From positions 52,762,001 through 52,826,000 of the forward strand of contig OX597814.1 of the NCBI GenBank assembly GCA_951406725.2: a stretch of DNA of 64,000 bases, written 5' to 3'. The position numbers and the translations under genes are program-made. Within the stretch, counting starts at the first letter, position 1; the number at the start of each line of letters is the position of its first letter. The DNA is from Octopus vulgaris. Lineage: Eukaryota. The notes beneath the pieces were generated by a model. It did no database searches, had not been told where the DNA came from, and saw only the letters and a program-made list of their open reading frames with translations. Below, piece after piece: positions 36,995-48,400 of this stretch.

Positions 36995-38059
36995 TTAAAA
37001 CATTATATCATTCCATTGGACTAGGATGACTAATTTTGTATTTTATACTAATTAAATATTGAATTTTATTTTAGTGACTACTGTCTATGGAGAAAGAGTC
37101 TGTAATTTTGTTTTGTTACTTAGAATGATTTCATATTGCATCACTAATGCCTTTGCGAAAGGTAAAAATGTACAAGATTCTATTTCATCTTTGTCAAAAA
37201 CATTGTTGCACACTTGGTATGTTTAAGTATATGTAATTTTAGATGCCAGTGTTAAAAAGAAATAAACCATCGGCCATTGGAGTGCAATATATAGGGTTTC
37301 TAGTTGAGTCATGTTTTTTTTTTGGCAATGCTCCATCCTGGGTTGCATAAACTAAGACTTAGAGATAAATGACCAGAAAATTGTTAAACAGTCATAAGAA
37401 AAAATAAAATTAACATTTATAGACTGTCTCCACCAACTAGACACTTTTAGATTGCATTTATCTTATTAATAACAATTGTCTGTATATCTGTTGTTTGTGT
37501 TAAGTTGATATATTTAGATTGCATTTATATAAAGATTATGTACTTGTTTGATATATCTTTTCCTCTATGTAATGATATATGAAGTCCTTGTTTACCAACA
37601 AACTACTCAAATGATCATTGTTGTCTATTCTGTAAAGTTGACATCTACGACCAGTTTATATTTATTTTGGAAAGCAAAATACTGAAGTTAATTATTCAGA
37701 GACACTATTTACCTGAAAACCAACATTAATTAGTGGTGAACATAATTAACATTGATGAAGAACTTAATTAAAAATACTAATGAGGGGAGGGGAACATAAC
37801 TGAAAGACTAATATTTTAATCATTGCAAATAAGAGAGAAAATTTTGGACATGTTTCAATCTTATCAGAACTTCTCAACAAAGACATGCATTTACCATACA
37901 ATTTTCATTACCAACTCAGGTTGCAGTGCTGTTATACTATTTAATACTACTTCCTTTGTTACTAATGAAGCATAAACTTCACCAATAAGTGAAGTTTGTT
38001 CTTCATTGATAAGTTCCAATAAGACTAAAACATGTTGATAGTGGTCTCCTATTCTTGCT

Positions 38060-38280
38060 GAATGGAGGTAGGGCTTTTAGGTGCCTCCTTCATTGGGTCC
38101 TCTCAAGAGCAACTGTCATTACACTTTCTGATTGAACTCTCTAACATGACCAACTGAGACTATGGATACTATCGAACATCTCCGTTTTGGTCTGCCCCTA
38201 GGTCTCCTACCAGTTAGCTTGGCTTGGAGGATACATCTTGTAATTCTTTCTTGTGACACTCTAATAAACATGTTCATAGT
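38060..38280 (-). mobile_element. RTE LINE 3' end relic
   Basis: RITRCILQAKLTGRRPRGRPKRR. Confidence 0.65.
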
Positions 38281-38451
38281 ACTGAAACTGTGACCTCTCA
38301 ATGTGGGGAAATAGTGGCTCAATGTGGAGAGACTCCTTGATCTCTGAGCTACACAATGTTGGGTTGCTGAAATAATTAAAACACTATTAGACCTAGAGCC
38401 AATATTCTTTCTCCCCTCCAATTTATATATATATATATATATATATGTATA

Positions 38452-38745
38452 GGCACATAGCATAGTGGTTAGAGTGTTACACTCATGATTGCAAGATCAT
38501 GGGTTTGATTCCCAGACCAAGCATTGCATTGTGTTCTTGAGCAAAGCACTTCATTTCATGTTGTTCTGCGATCATTTCATTATCTGACATGTGGCACATG
38601 GTACACCTGCACAGGTAATGTTGATTCAATGGAGAGAGTGAGCTTATGTGTACACAAACATCTGATCACTATAAACAAATCATCTGTGTGGTTGTTTGGC
38701 AAGAAATTGCCGAACCTTCATACATTGTCTAACGATGGGAGAGTT
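38452..38745 (+). mobile_element. tRNA-derived SINE
   Basis: A box TAGCATAGTGG, B box GGTTTGATTCC, followed by a GTGTTCTTGAGCAAAGCACTT core-like segment. Confidence 0.7.
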
Positions 38746-38777
38746 CATGATATATAAATATTAAGGACCACGATATA

Positions 38778-38812
<35 letters not shown>

Positions 38813-38814
<2 letters not shown>

Positions 38815-40620
38815 TACACTTAAGGACCATGATGTATATATACATATATTACACTTAAGCCCAACTTCCTCTCCCATCCCAAATGTAGGCTGATCAACCC
38901 CTCTAAAAGTGAAATGGATATCATTAGCAAATGTATTCTCAATTCTGTCAACTCCAATATCAGAAGAGTTACAGGGCTGACTCAATGGAACTCCAGTACA
39001 GCCATGATCGATTGGTTCCATGGTATTGAGAATAAATCAGCCTGCAAATTCACCTGGTTTGACATTGTTGACTTCTACCCTTCCATATCTAAGCCCCTCC
39101 TTCTGAAGGCCCTAACTTTTGCTGAGCAATACACCAGCATTAAAGATCTTGATATCAGGGTTATCATGAAGGCCAGAAAGTCAATTCTGGTCCATGACGA
39201 TTCCTTCTGGGTGAAGAAGGAAGGTGATCCATTGTTTGATGTCTCTATGGGGAGCTTTGATGGGGTTGAAATTACTGGCCTTGTCGGGTTATACATCTTG
39301 GATACCCTCAAGAGATGTATTCACCCACATAGGTTGGGCCTTTATAGGGACGACAGCCTGGCTATCTCAAGCCATATGAATGGCCATGCCATGGACAAGT
39401 TCAGGAAGGACTTGATAAAAATATTCAAGGATTTCAGCTTGTCCATAACAGTAACCAACCTGACTGTGGTCGATTTCTTGGATATAACTTTAGACCTGAA
39501 TATGGGCAAGTATTACCTGTACAGGAAGCCTATACATCCACAAGAGCTCAAACCATCACCCTACTGTAATTAGAAACCTGGTTTCAGGCATTAGCAAATG
39601 ACTATCTAATCTCTTGGCCAACAGAGAGATCTTTAACAGGGATGACTAGGAACAGGTTTGCTGAGAAGCTCATGTATGTGGACAACCCCTAAACACCCTC
39701 TCTTCACCTCAAAAGGATTTGGAAAAGGAAAATGATATGGTATAACTCCATTTTTTAACCTAGAAGTTTCCACCAACAAAGCTAAGGGCTTCCTGTTGGT
39801 AATTAAAAAGCACTTCTCCAGAGGCCACAAATATTACAAACCCTTCATCCCTCATAATGTCAAGGTGAGCTACTCCTGCTTAGACAACACTTCATCTAAC
39901 ATCGCATGCATCAACAAACATAAAAATGCACCTGCACCACCCCCAACCCCAACCTGAAACTGCTGAAACCATGTGCCTTCAAGAAGGATTCTGCCTCTCA
40001 AGGGCCGTAGTATACAGAGTCACCTTCATGCCATCCAATGGCATTACTAGACACTATACAGGTTTGTTAGCTAATAACTTCAAGGGAAGATACTCCCAGC
40101 ATATGCATTTGTTCAGATCCAGGGACAGAGAGAGCTCTACTTCCCTGTCTTGTTTTCTCTGGATATTCTGTCACTTCTGAGATGAAATACCTAGCATCAA
40201 GTGGACTGTTGTCAACAGAGTGCTACCATATTCACCCAGTGTCCCCAACTGCCAGATCTGACTCATTGAAAAACTGCATATTCTCCAACAACCCACAGTA
40301 TCCACCAACAAGAAATATGATTTATCTTACTTCTGTCACCAGAAGTATACTCTTCTAGTAAATTTCAAGCCTCTGACAACCCAGATATACCACCTTAGTA
40401 CCAGCTGCTACTCTGCACCTAGGGCACCACTATCAACCCCATGAGCAGGACCACCAATTAGCAATCCCTAATGCTTACCAATTCCCAATGCATCTCAAGA
40501 GTATGATGTGCAAGACTTGTTAACATACCTGAGACTGCTGCAGCTATGGTCAGTTTGTTTCTCAATGTAATAAAAACTGAGTACATGACCATCAATAAGT
40601 ATGAAAGCCATCTACTTATT
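38813..40620 (+). mobile_element. Decayed Naiad-type Penelope-like retroelement (RT + GIY-YIG)
   Basis: ITLKDH...PKCRLINPSKSE...QWNS...FDIVDFYPSI...MGSFDGVE...GLYRDD...FLDITLDL...IWYN...KHF...VKVSYSC...CL..AVVY...YTG...FKGRY..H...IKW...CQI*LIEK; several frameshifts. Confidence 0.88.
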
Positions 40621-41769
40621 TGTTCCAAGGATGTCACACAACTCAAAGCAGTAACTTCAAGTACCTCTGGTAAGAAAGACTTCTTGATTTGCAAGAGACA
40701 AGTCTGGAGTGTTCATAACAAGTATTTCAGTCAACAAAGCTGGTCCTCTTCTAGGTGTTTGTAGAGAGCATTCTTCTCAATGGAACTGAAATCTGAACTT
40801 TAAAGGAGCTTCAGCTATATTAACAAACATTAAGTCTTGATGCCCACTTCTTTGACAAACTTTAGTTCCAGGTCAACCACTGCTACCTAACCCCTCTAAC
40901 AAATGTTTGACCAAATGTACTAATCTGCTTACATTTAGCTTTTGTTTAACCAATGACACTTCACACCTCTGACAGCCTTCTAGTTTTAGTTAACCAACAT
41001 TAATCTATCTTTCTGACAACCTGTGTTCTTAGAATAACCAATATGTCATCTTTCTAAGTCTTCAATCCTAACTGATTACCTTCATTTTTCCATAACTCCC
41101 ACCTTTCTGATTACCTTCTGTTCAAGATTAATTAATATTAACTTGCATTAAGTGAGCCTTCAATTCTATTTAACAAATGACAATCTTCAACTCTTGGTTG
41201 TTGTAGTTGTTTATCTCCAGATCAACCCTGAATGAGCAGATTTATGATCAAAGACCTTCTAACTGAGTTTTAAAGGTTTTACATTACCAAATGTGTCCTT
41301 CCTTTTTTGAAGATGCCTGAGTGTTATTTGGTGGAGATTTGGCTTCTATTTCTAGCAGGGTGAGCAACTATCCAGAGGCCTTTTAGCTGGCTTATTCAAT
41401 CTTGACCATCAACTATGGTGTGTCTCTTCTATAGTTATTTCAATATCATCTATTTTGATGAACATTTTAGTGTCATTCTACTTCAAAAAACTATTTGTTT
41501 CACCTAAATTTCTGTTTTCTCACTCATTCTCTAATCTCAATATAACATCTGAGAATATCCACAATAATTTCGTTCTAAAGATTCTCATCTTTCTTTTTAT
41601 ATTTATGTCTTAAGAGTATGAAATTGACATTAACATGAGTCAAATTTTAAAAATTAAGTGAAAAAAACCCCTCTAATATTCAATAGATTCAAAGTTTGAA
41701 AAATATTAGCTGACACACAAAAGGAGGTTTAGAATAAAGGAATTCACTTGATACAAGGGAAAGAGAAAT

Positions 41770-41795
41770 GGAGAGAGAGAGAGAGAGAGCGAGAG

Positions 41796-41830
<35 letters not shown>

Positions 41831-41863
41831 GCAGATGAATGAATGAATGGATGGATGGATAGA
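41770..41863. repeat. Compound (GA)n/(TGAA)n/(TGGA)n microsatellite
   Basis: Seen directly. Confidence 0.9.
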
Positions 41864-42129
41864 TGTGTTATTTAGGTGGCAATAGACATGTTTGAAAAAT
41901 TATGTACGACAGATAGTACCACTGCTATATGTGGTTGAATGGTAAAATAACAGTATCTCATCAACCTAGAACACACATTATTTGCTTTTTATTTTAACAT
42001 TACACGTTATCTGAAATAGATAACAGTCTGTCCTAAATCTATTTTCATGTTTTGTAAACATAATAGATTCTCAGATAAGCATACATTATATATTTGATAA
42101 AACGTAAGTTTTATTTTGCCTACATATGA

Positions 42130-42325
42130 TATTAGTTTCAAATTTTGGCACAAGGCCAGAAGGTTTAGGGGATGGACTAATTTGCTTAAATGAACCCCAG
42201 TGTTCAACTTTCAACCCTGAAAGGCAAAGTCAACACTGGTGGAGTTTGAACTCAGAACGTAAAGATGGAGGAAATGCCACTAAGCATTTTACTTGGCATG
42301 CTAATGATTCTGCCAGCTTACCATC
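42130..42325 (-). mobile_element. SINE, same family as 45647-45870
   Basis: Shared GAATTTGAACTCAGAAC and GATTCTGCCAGCT segments. Confidence 0.7.
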
Positions 42326-42661
42326 TTAGCCTACTTATAATATTGGTTTCAAAATTTAGCACAAGGCTAGCAGTTTCAGGGGAGTGGCTAAGTTGATTAC
42401 ATTCTTATTCTAGCAACTATACCTTTGAAATACCCACTTTCTGCTAATTAAATCACCTCATAAAAACATCAGAAGCTATCAGTACTTCTAGGGAGTCTTC
42501 TGGGTATCTGAAGTAATTTATTCCATGTTTTCTATTACAGCTAACTGCTCCCCTGCATCTGCCATTTATCAAATCTCTCTTCCTTTTCAGCCTGCCTATG
42601 ATTTCCCTACTTATTTTGTACGTCCAGTTTACAATAGATATACCAAATGAAATTTGTGCTT

Positions 42662-42822
42662 ATACACTCACGGAGTGGTTGGCGTTAGGAAGGGCATCCA
42701 GCTGTAGAAACACTGCCAGATCAGACTGGAGCCTGGTGCAGCCACCTGGCTTCCCAGACCCCGGTCGAACCGTCCAACCCATGCTGGCATGGAAAACGGA
42801 CGTTAAACGATGATGATGATGA
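42662..42822 (+). mobile_element. SINE 3' part with (GAT)n tail
   Basis: GGAGTGGTTGGCGTTAGGAAGGGCATCCAGC...GGACGTTAAAC(GAT)n; copies at 53727, 57044 and 63443. Confidence 0.8.
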
Positions 42823-43549
42823 CAGTATACCCATAGTAAACCATAGATGCACAAGAACTATAATAGCCTGGTTGGCAAGAAGGGTAGTCTTCATATATAT
42901 TACCACACATATCAGTTTATAATATTCAGGAACCTGCAGAAAAAGGAAACATGGAAAAACGTGGCAAAAACTGAACCTTACAAAGATAACGAAGGACAGC
43001 AACAAGTGACCAGACACTACAGTGAAGATCCAACCGGAAAAAATAGATGTAAAGTGAGGATGACGATATAATTTATATTTACATAATAATATTATATATA
43101 TGTGTATATATTATTATGTAAATATCTTTCGACTTATTTTCTTCTACAAATAAAAAAATATATATAAAGAGTTAAAAAAAATCATTAAAACAATTTTATA
43201 GATGTTATTATGAAAGAACGATTTTTAAATAATCGTTCATATCTAGAATTGCTTCCCTTGAACTGTAAGCAAAAGCAAGAAATTTTAACGATATTACACC
43301 AGGGATAAAGGTGTATGCTTTAAGACCTCAGAGAACCCGGTGTCACCACGATACAATATCGATGGTGCATCCTCACATGAATGAAGAACTATAGTATATG
43401 CTTGTACAGTTATTTTTTCCGGATTACATTTTGGCATAAGAAAGCCATAGGTAGAGTTGCTTCCCTTGATCTATAAATCAAAACGTGTTAGAAAATAATT
43501 CAACATTTCAATAAAGAAAATCAATTTTATTTATAAACAATGCAATTAA

Positions 43550-43767
43550 CTCTTTAGCATTCATATTACTGTCAAATGTAATACCTATTTATTCACACTG
43601 TTTTCAGTTAATCATGCATTGTGTTATAGCTTTGAGATTTTAATGGTGTGATTGTTTATTCTTAGAATGACATTGTAGGGTAGATGTGAGAAGCCAGATC
43701 TGGCTGATTTAAACATAAAACAGACTGAATATTTGGGCTGCACATGGCCAGTTGAAATGCTAAGGGG
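43550..43767. mobile_element. TTAA-flanked piggyBac-type MITE
   Basis: Homologous to 10206-10422, TTAA on both sides. Confidence 0.8.
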
Positions 43768-45311
43768 TTAAATATGTTTTGAAATATTGAGTGGAATGAC
43801 AAAATATTTGAAGTATTTGAAAGAAAACTTGAGTTTCTAGTATTTATCAATATTATTTATGGATAAATATCATGTTTGATAGCATATATGATGTACTTTT
43901 TCCAAAAAATGTCCCCCCAAATCATCCTGGGTCCTTTAGGAAAAGTTGGGCCTATATTGCATATTTTAATGCACTAAAACCATTTAAAAAAAATATGTAC
44001 TGATGAAATTAAGGTGCTTCTAATATGCCCTTAGGTCTTTTGTGCCTTCAAAGACGGTACTGTTATTTTCATTTACAATTTTGGTTATGTGATCCCAGGT
44101 AACTCTGATTGAAGATGCCTATGAGCAAACACGTTATGGCTGTGACCATCCTGTCATTTTGTAAGACATTGTGCACCCAAGACATTATCCAATATGACCT
44201 TCTTTTTTAAGTAAGTGAAATATGTTTTATGAGATTTGGCTACTATTTCTAACAGGTCAAATGACTGTGTTCAAACTTCTTAATTGACTCACAACTCTTT
44301 CAGTAAATAAATACATGAAATGAACATCATTATGACTGCAACTAGTTCTAACAAAAGAATGAATTCTTGTAACCATATTTTCAATATATGACAAGTATTC
44401 TTTGGTTTAATATATTAATTTTGTCACTGAGATCTATATATTTTGTCAAAACCTCTCTTAATCTGACTTATCACTGCTAAATAGTTATACTGTAAAAGTG
44501 ATGTTTGAATTTATAAATAAGGGAATATACAGACAAATTATAATTTTGTAGGGGAGCGATGTTGAACTTTAACATGCAAGTAATAATTGCATCATTCATC
44601 TTAAAAGGATAAATGACAAAATTACAATCAGCAAAGTTTGAATTTAGAAGAACTAATACACAAGAAGAAGAACTAATACACAAAGCAAAGTATGTAGGTT
44701 ATCTCCTTTGAATTACAATAAAGATTTCTTATAGTGTCAGAGGTGTACAAAATTGTGTACAAACACATTCAATATATCAATAAAAATATGCACAAGTAAA
44801 ATGAGGCAAATCATAAGGTAAAGAGATAAACAAATGAACGACATATGAATTTCGACAAATAAAACACATGGTGAAAGAAGTGCAGAAAAATGAAATGAGA
44901 CAATAACAATCAAAGAGTGTGTAGATTGAAAATAAATACGGGAAATGGAAAAAAAAAAAAAAGAGGATCTAAAGTTTTGGGTCATACTCTTAATCAAAGA
45001 AAATTAGAAAAAATAAGAAAACGGGTATGAAAAATTAGAAATATAACTTTTGTTTACATTGCAGCCTTGGTGTGTGTCTGAGAATGAGTTGGATGCTTAT
45101 TGCTGCAACAATAGGCTCAGAATTAATATGTTTCACATAGCATTGGTGATAAAGTTTAATTATATTGTAACTGCATATCTATGTTGTGATTATATGTATA
45201 CGTTTTTATTGTTGTTGTGTAATTCTGATATCTTGTATGGCTATACCAGTCAGTATAGTAGCTTGGTATATATAAGGTGAACACCAACACAAATGTCATC
45301 CAAGAACAGCT

Positions 45312-45483
45312 TCAGGAAAGTTTCAGCCCAGTATCTCTGTAAGGTCTTGTTATGATTGTATTCACAAGCTGGTTGCTAAATATGAACACTTTTAGGTTAT
45401 GAGCCGCTACAAGGAAGAAAAACAGCAATGATACATACTGCACCCAACCCCACTTTAGTTGGTACAGTAGGCTTGGAGAATAA
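45312..45483 (-). CDS. TMEM231: TMEM231 exon 7 (YSPSLLYQLKWGWVQYVSLLFFFL...GLKLS*)
   Basis: Homology; the acceptor is inferred to be TG after a U12 branch site, with an in-frame AG alternative starting the exon at 45471. Confidence 0.85.
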
Positions 45484-48400
45484 CAAGGAAGAGTCAAGGA
45501 AAAAAAGTAAACTTTGGAGGGAGAGAAAAGAAATGCTGGTCTAAAGAAAAGCTACAAGTTGAATATAAAATTGATTTAGTATCATCAATGTAATGTTTGG
45601 TTTTCCATGCTGATGTATACTAGATATATTTGTAATATATCTTTCCTTTCAAGTTTTGGTACAAGGCCTGCAATTTCAAGGGGAGAGGGTAAATTGATCA
45701 CACTGACACTGCCCCACCCCACCCAGTGTTTAACTGGTACTTCTTTTATAAACTCTGGAAGGATGAAAGGCAAAGTCGACCTCGGCGGAATTTGAACTCA
45801 GAACGTAGTGGCAGACGAAATGCCGATAAGCATTTCGCCTGGCGTGTTAACGTTTCTGCCAGCTCGCCGCCTAATGTGCTAATGATTCTGTCAGCTCACC
45901 ACTTTATATAATGTAAATATTAATTTCAAATTTTTGTGCAGGGCCAGTGGTTTTAGGAGAAGGAGTAAGTCAATTATGTCAAATCCAGGACTCAACTAGT
46001 ACATATTTTATCAACCCCAAAAGGATGAAAAGCAAAGCCAACCCTGGTGGAATTTGAACTCAGATCGTAAAGAGAGACGAAGTACCCCTAACGATTTCAT
46101 CTGGCGTAATAATTCTGCCAGCTTGCTGCCTTATCTCATGTAAATATCAATAATTGTTTTCTCATTAGAAATGAGATTTAAAGTTTGAAAAATGATTATT
46201 GTATTAACAATAATTTGAAGCTATGATGTACATCAGAATAATAAATTAATAATATGCTATGATGTACATCAGAATAATAAATTAATAAATTTCAGCCAAC
46301 ATTGTAAATCAATCTTGAATTTAATTCACACACACAGTATTGGCTATCTAGATTTATTCTGTACTACATCATAGCATCAAAACCAAACACTGCTCATCTG
46401 TCATTAATATATTCACAATAATTTATCTCAAATATTTAATTTCTTAAGCATTACTCTAGCTATCCTCTTTCAAACCTTCTTTAACCTATCCCAAACTCAT
46501 ATTTTCTCTTTTTGTCTTCTAACCGCATTTATCTGGGAGGGGTTAAACTGGCTCCTATTGCATTCAGTGTCACGGGTCAAAACAATCCATGCATGTCTGT
46601 CGGTGGCCAATTCTGTAGTGTGTTGAAGCCATTCCCAGTTCCAGCATTGAATGTCAAAGACTTGAGGACCAGAAATGAGCTCCATATCTGCTTTGACTGT
46701 TGTGAGCCACGTCTTCAGCTGACCACCTCTCCACTTATGCCAACCCAGGGGAGGATTTGATGCTATTGCCTTCTGGATAATTTCAATATGGGGCACTGCA
46801 ATGTATGACCAAACCACTGTAGTCTCCTTGTCAGAAGAGTTCCCTTAGGAGGTGAGAGATTGCAGTGAGCATAAAGTTGTTGGTTCAAAATGCAGTGTGA
46901 GATACACAGTCAGAGAAGATGATGAATACAGAAGCAGTCAAAGACCTCCAACTTCTGGAGATAAGCAACATGCATTGGTCAGGTCTCACAACCATAGAAA
47001 AGAACTGTTTGGACAAGCACCTGGTAAATACAGCATTTTATAGTGAGGCTGTATTATCCACAACACTACACAACTTTATGTTATTCATAACACCATGTCA
47101 CTCTTCAGCCATCTAATCATTTGAAGTAGGCAGAAACTTCGTGAAAGACTGTTTTGCATAACTGTCCTTAAAGAGTTACGACCACAAATATTTTAGCTTA
47201 ATACAGGGTGTCCCAAAAGTCACTGATAGGTTTCAATTTTTAATAACTTCCTTAACTTTACAAATAAATGCATGAAATTTTGATACAATATAAATGATGT
47301 AATGGAAATTAATATGCACAAGTCAAATTTTGCAACACCACTACATCACATATGAAAAATGGACATTGCTTAAATGGTAGCCATTTTCAGCTTTGCAAAT
47401 TGAAACCCATCAGTGACTTTTGGGACACCCTGTACATACCCAAGTTTCTAGTTGCTCATCTTGATATTATTCTATGTAAATGTTTAACCCATTAGCATTC
47501 AAATTATTGTCAAATGTAATACTTATTCATTTACATTATTTTGAATTAATCATGCTTTATCTTGAAGCTTCAAGATTATGATGATGTGATTGTTTATTTT
47601 TAGAATAACATTATAAGGTATGTGTCAGAAGCCAAATTTGACCAGTTTGAACATAAAGTAGAATATTTGGGCCAGATAAGGCCGGTTTGAATGCTAAAGG
47701 GTTAAGACATGCTATAGTTACTTAGGGGGAATATGAAACTCTATCTCATAAGTTTATAAACCAAGTCTTCCATAGTGTTGTATTTTGGTTGATATTTTGG
47801 ATAATCATCATGCTATCACCAGATCCACATTCAACATAAATTATCACCTATATAACAGAGTTTATCTTCTACTTTCATTAAGTTCTCTATCTGAGCAGTT
47901 CATAGTTTTTAATTCATAATTCATATTTCAAGTAAGAACAACACATACTCTTAGCTTTCGTAAACTATTCCCAGCATTAAAAAATTCTTGCTACACATGA
48001 TAGAAAGTTACATAGCTATTCCACTCAGCTATCAATTATAATACCAAAATGCATGTGTGTGCGTGCGCGCATGCACACACACACACACACACACATGAGA
48101 ATGTTGAAGATGAAGAACTGAAAGAAAGTTGGACAATTTAAAAGGTAATGTCCATAGCTTAAATAGTCTTTCAAAAATACCATTTAATAAAAGAAAAATT
48201 AAGAAACTATTTGCATAAAAGAAAATAACTAAATATAATAAAAAATACACAGAGAGTAAAATGAAATTAAATAAAGATTGAAGAAATTATAGAACTCAGT
48301 ACCTCTGCTGGCCCAGAAGTTTTAAATACTCTAATAATAATTAGAGCCAAGGCGATGAGCTGGCAGAATCATTAGCACACCAGGTAAAATGCTTAGCGGC

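Noticed and set aside
42930-43071. Plus-strand terminal exon after AATATTCAG
   Set aside because: Exon-like composition, but no recognisable homolog or linkable upstream coding exon.
43310-43440. U12, U3 or other sn/snoRNA gene
   Set aside because: Only scattered short matches; no branch-pairing GTAAGGA or convincing box set.
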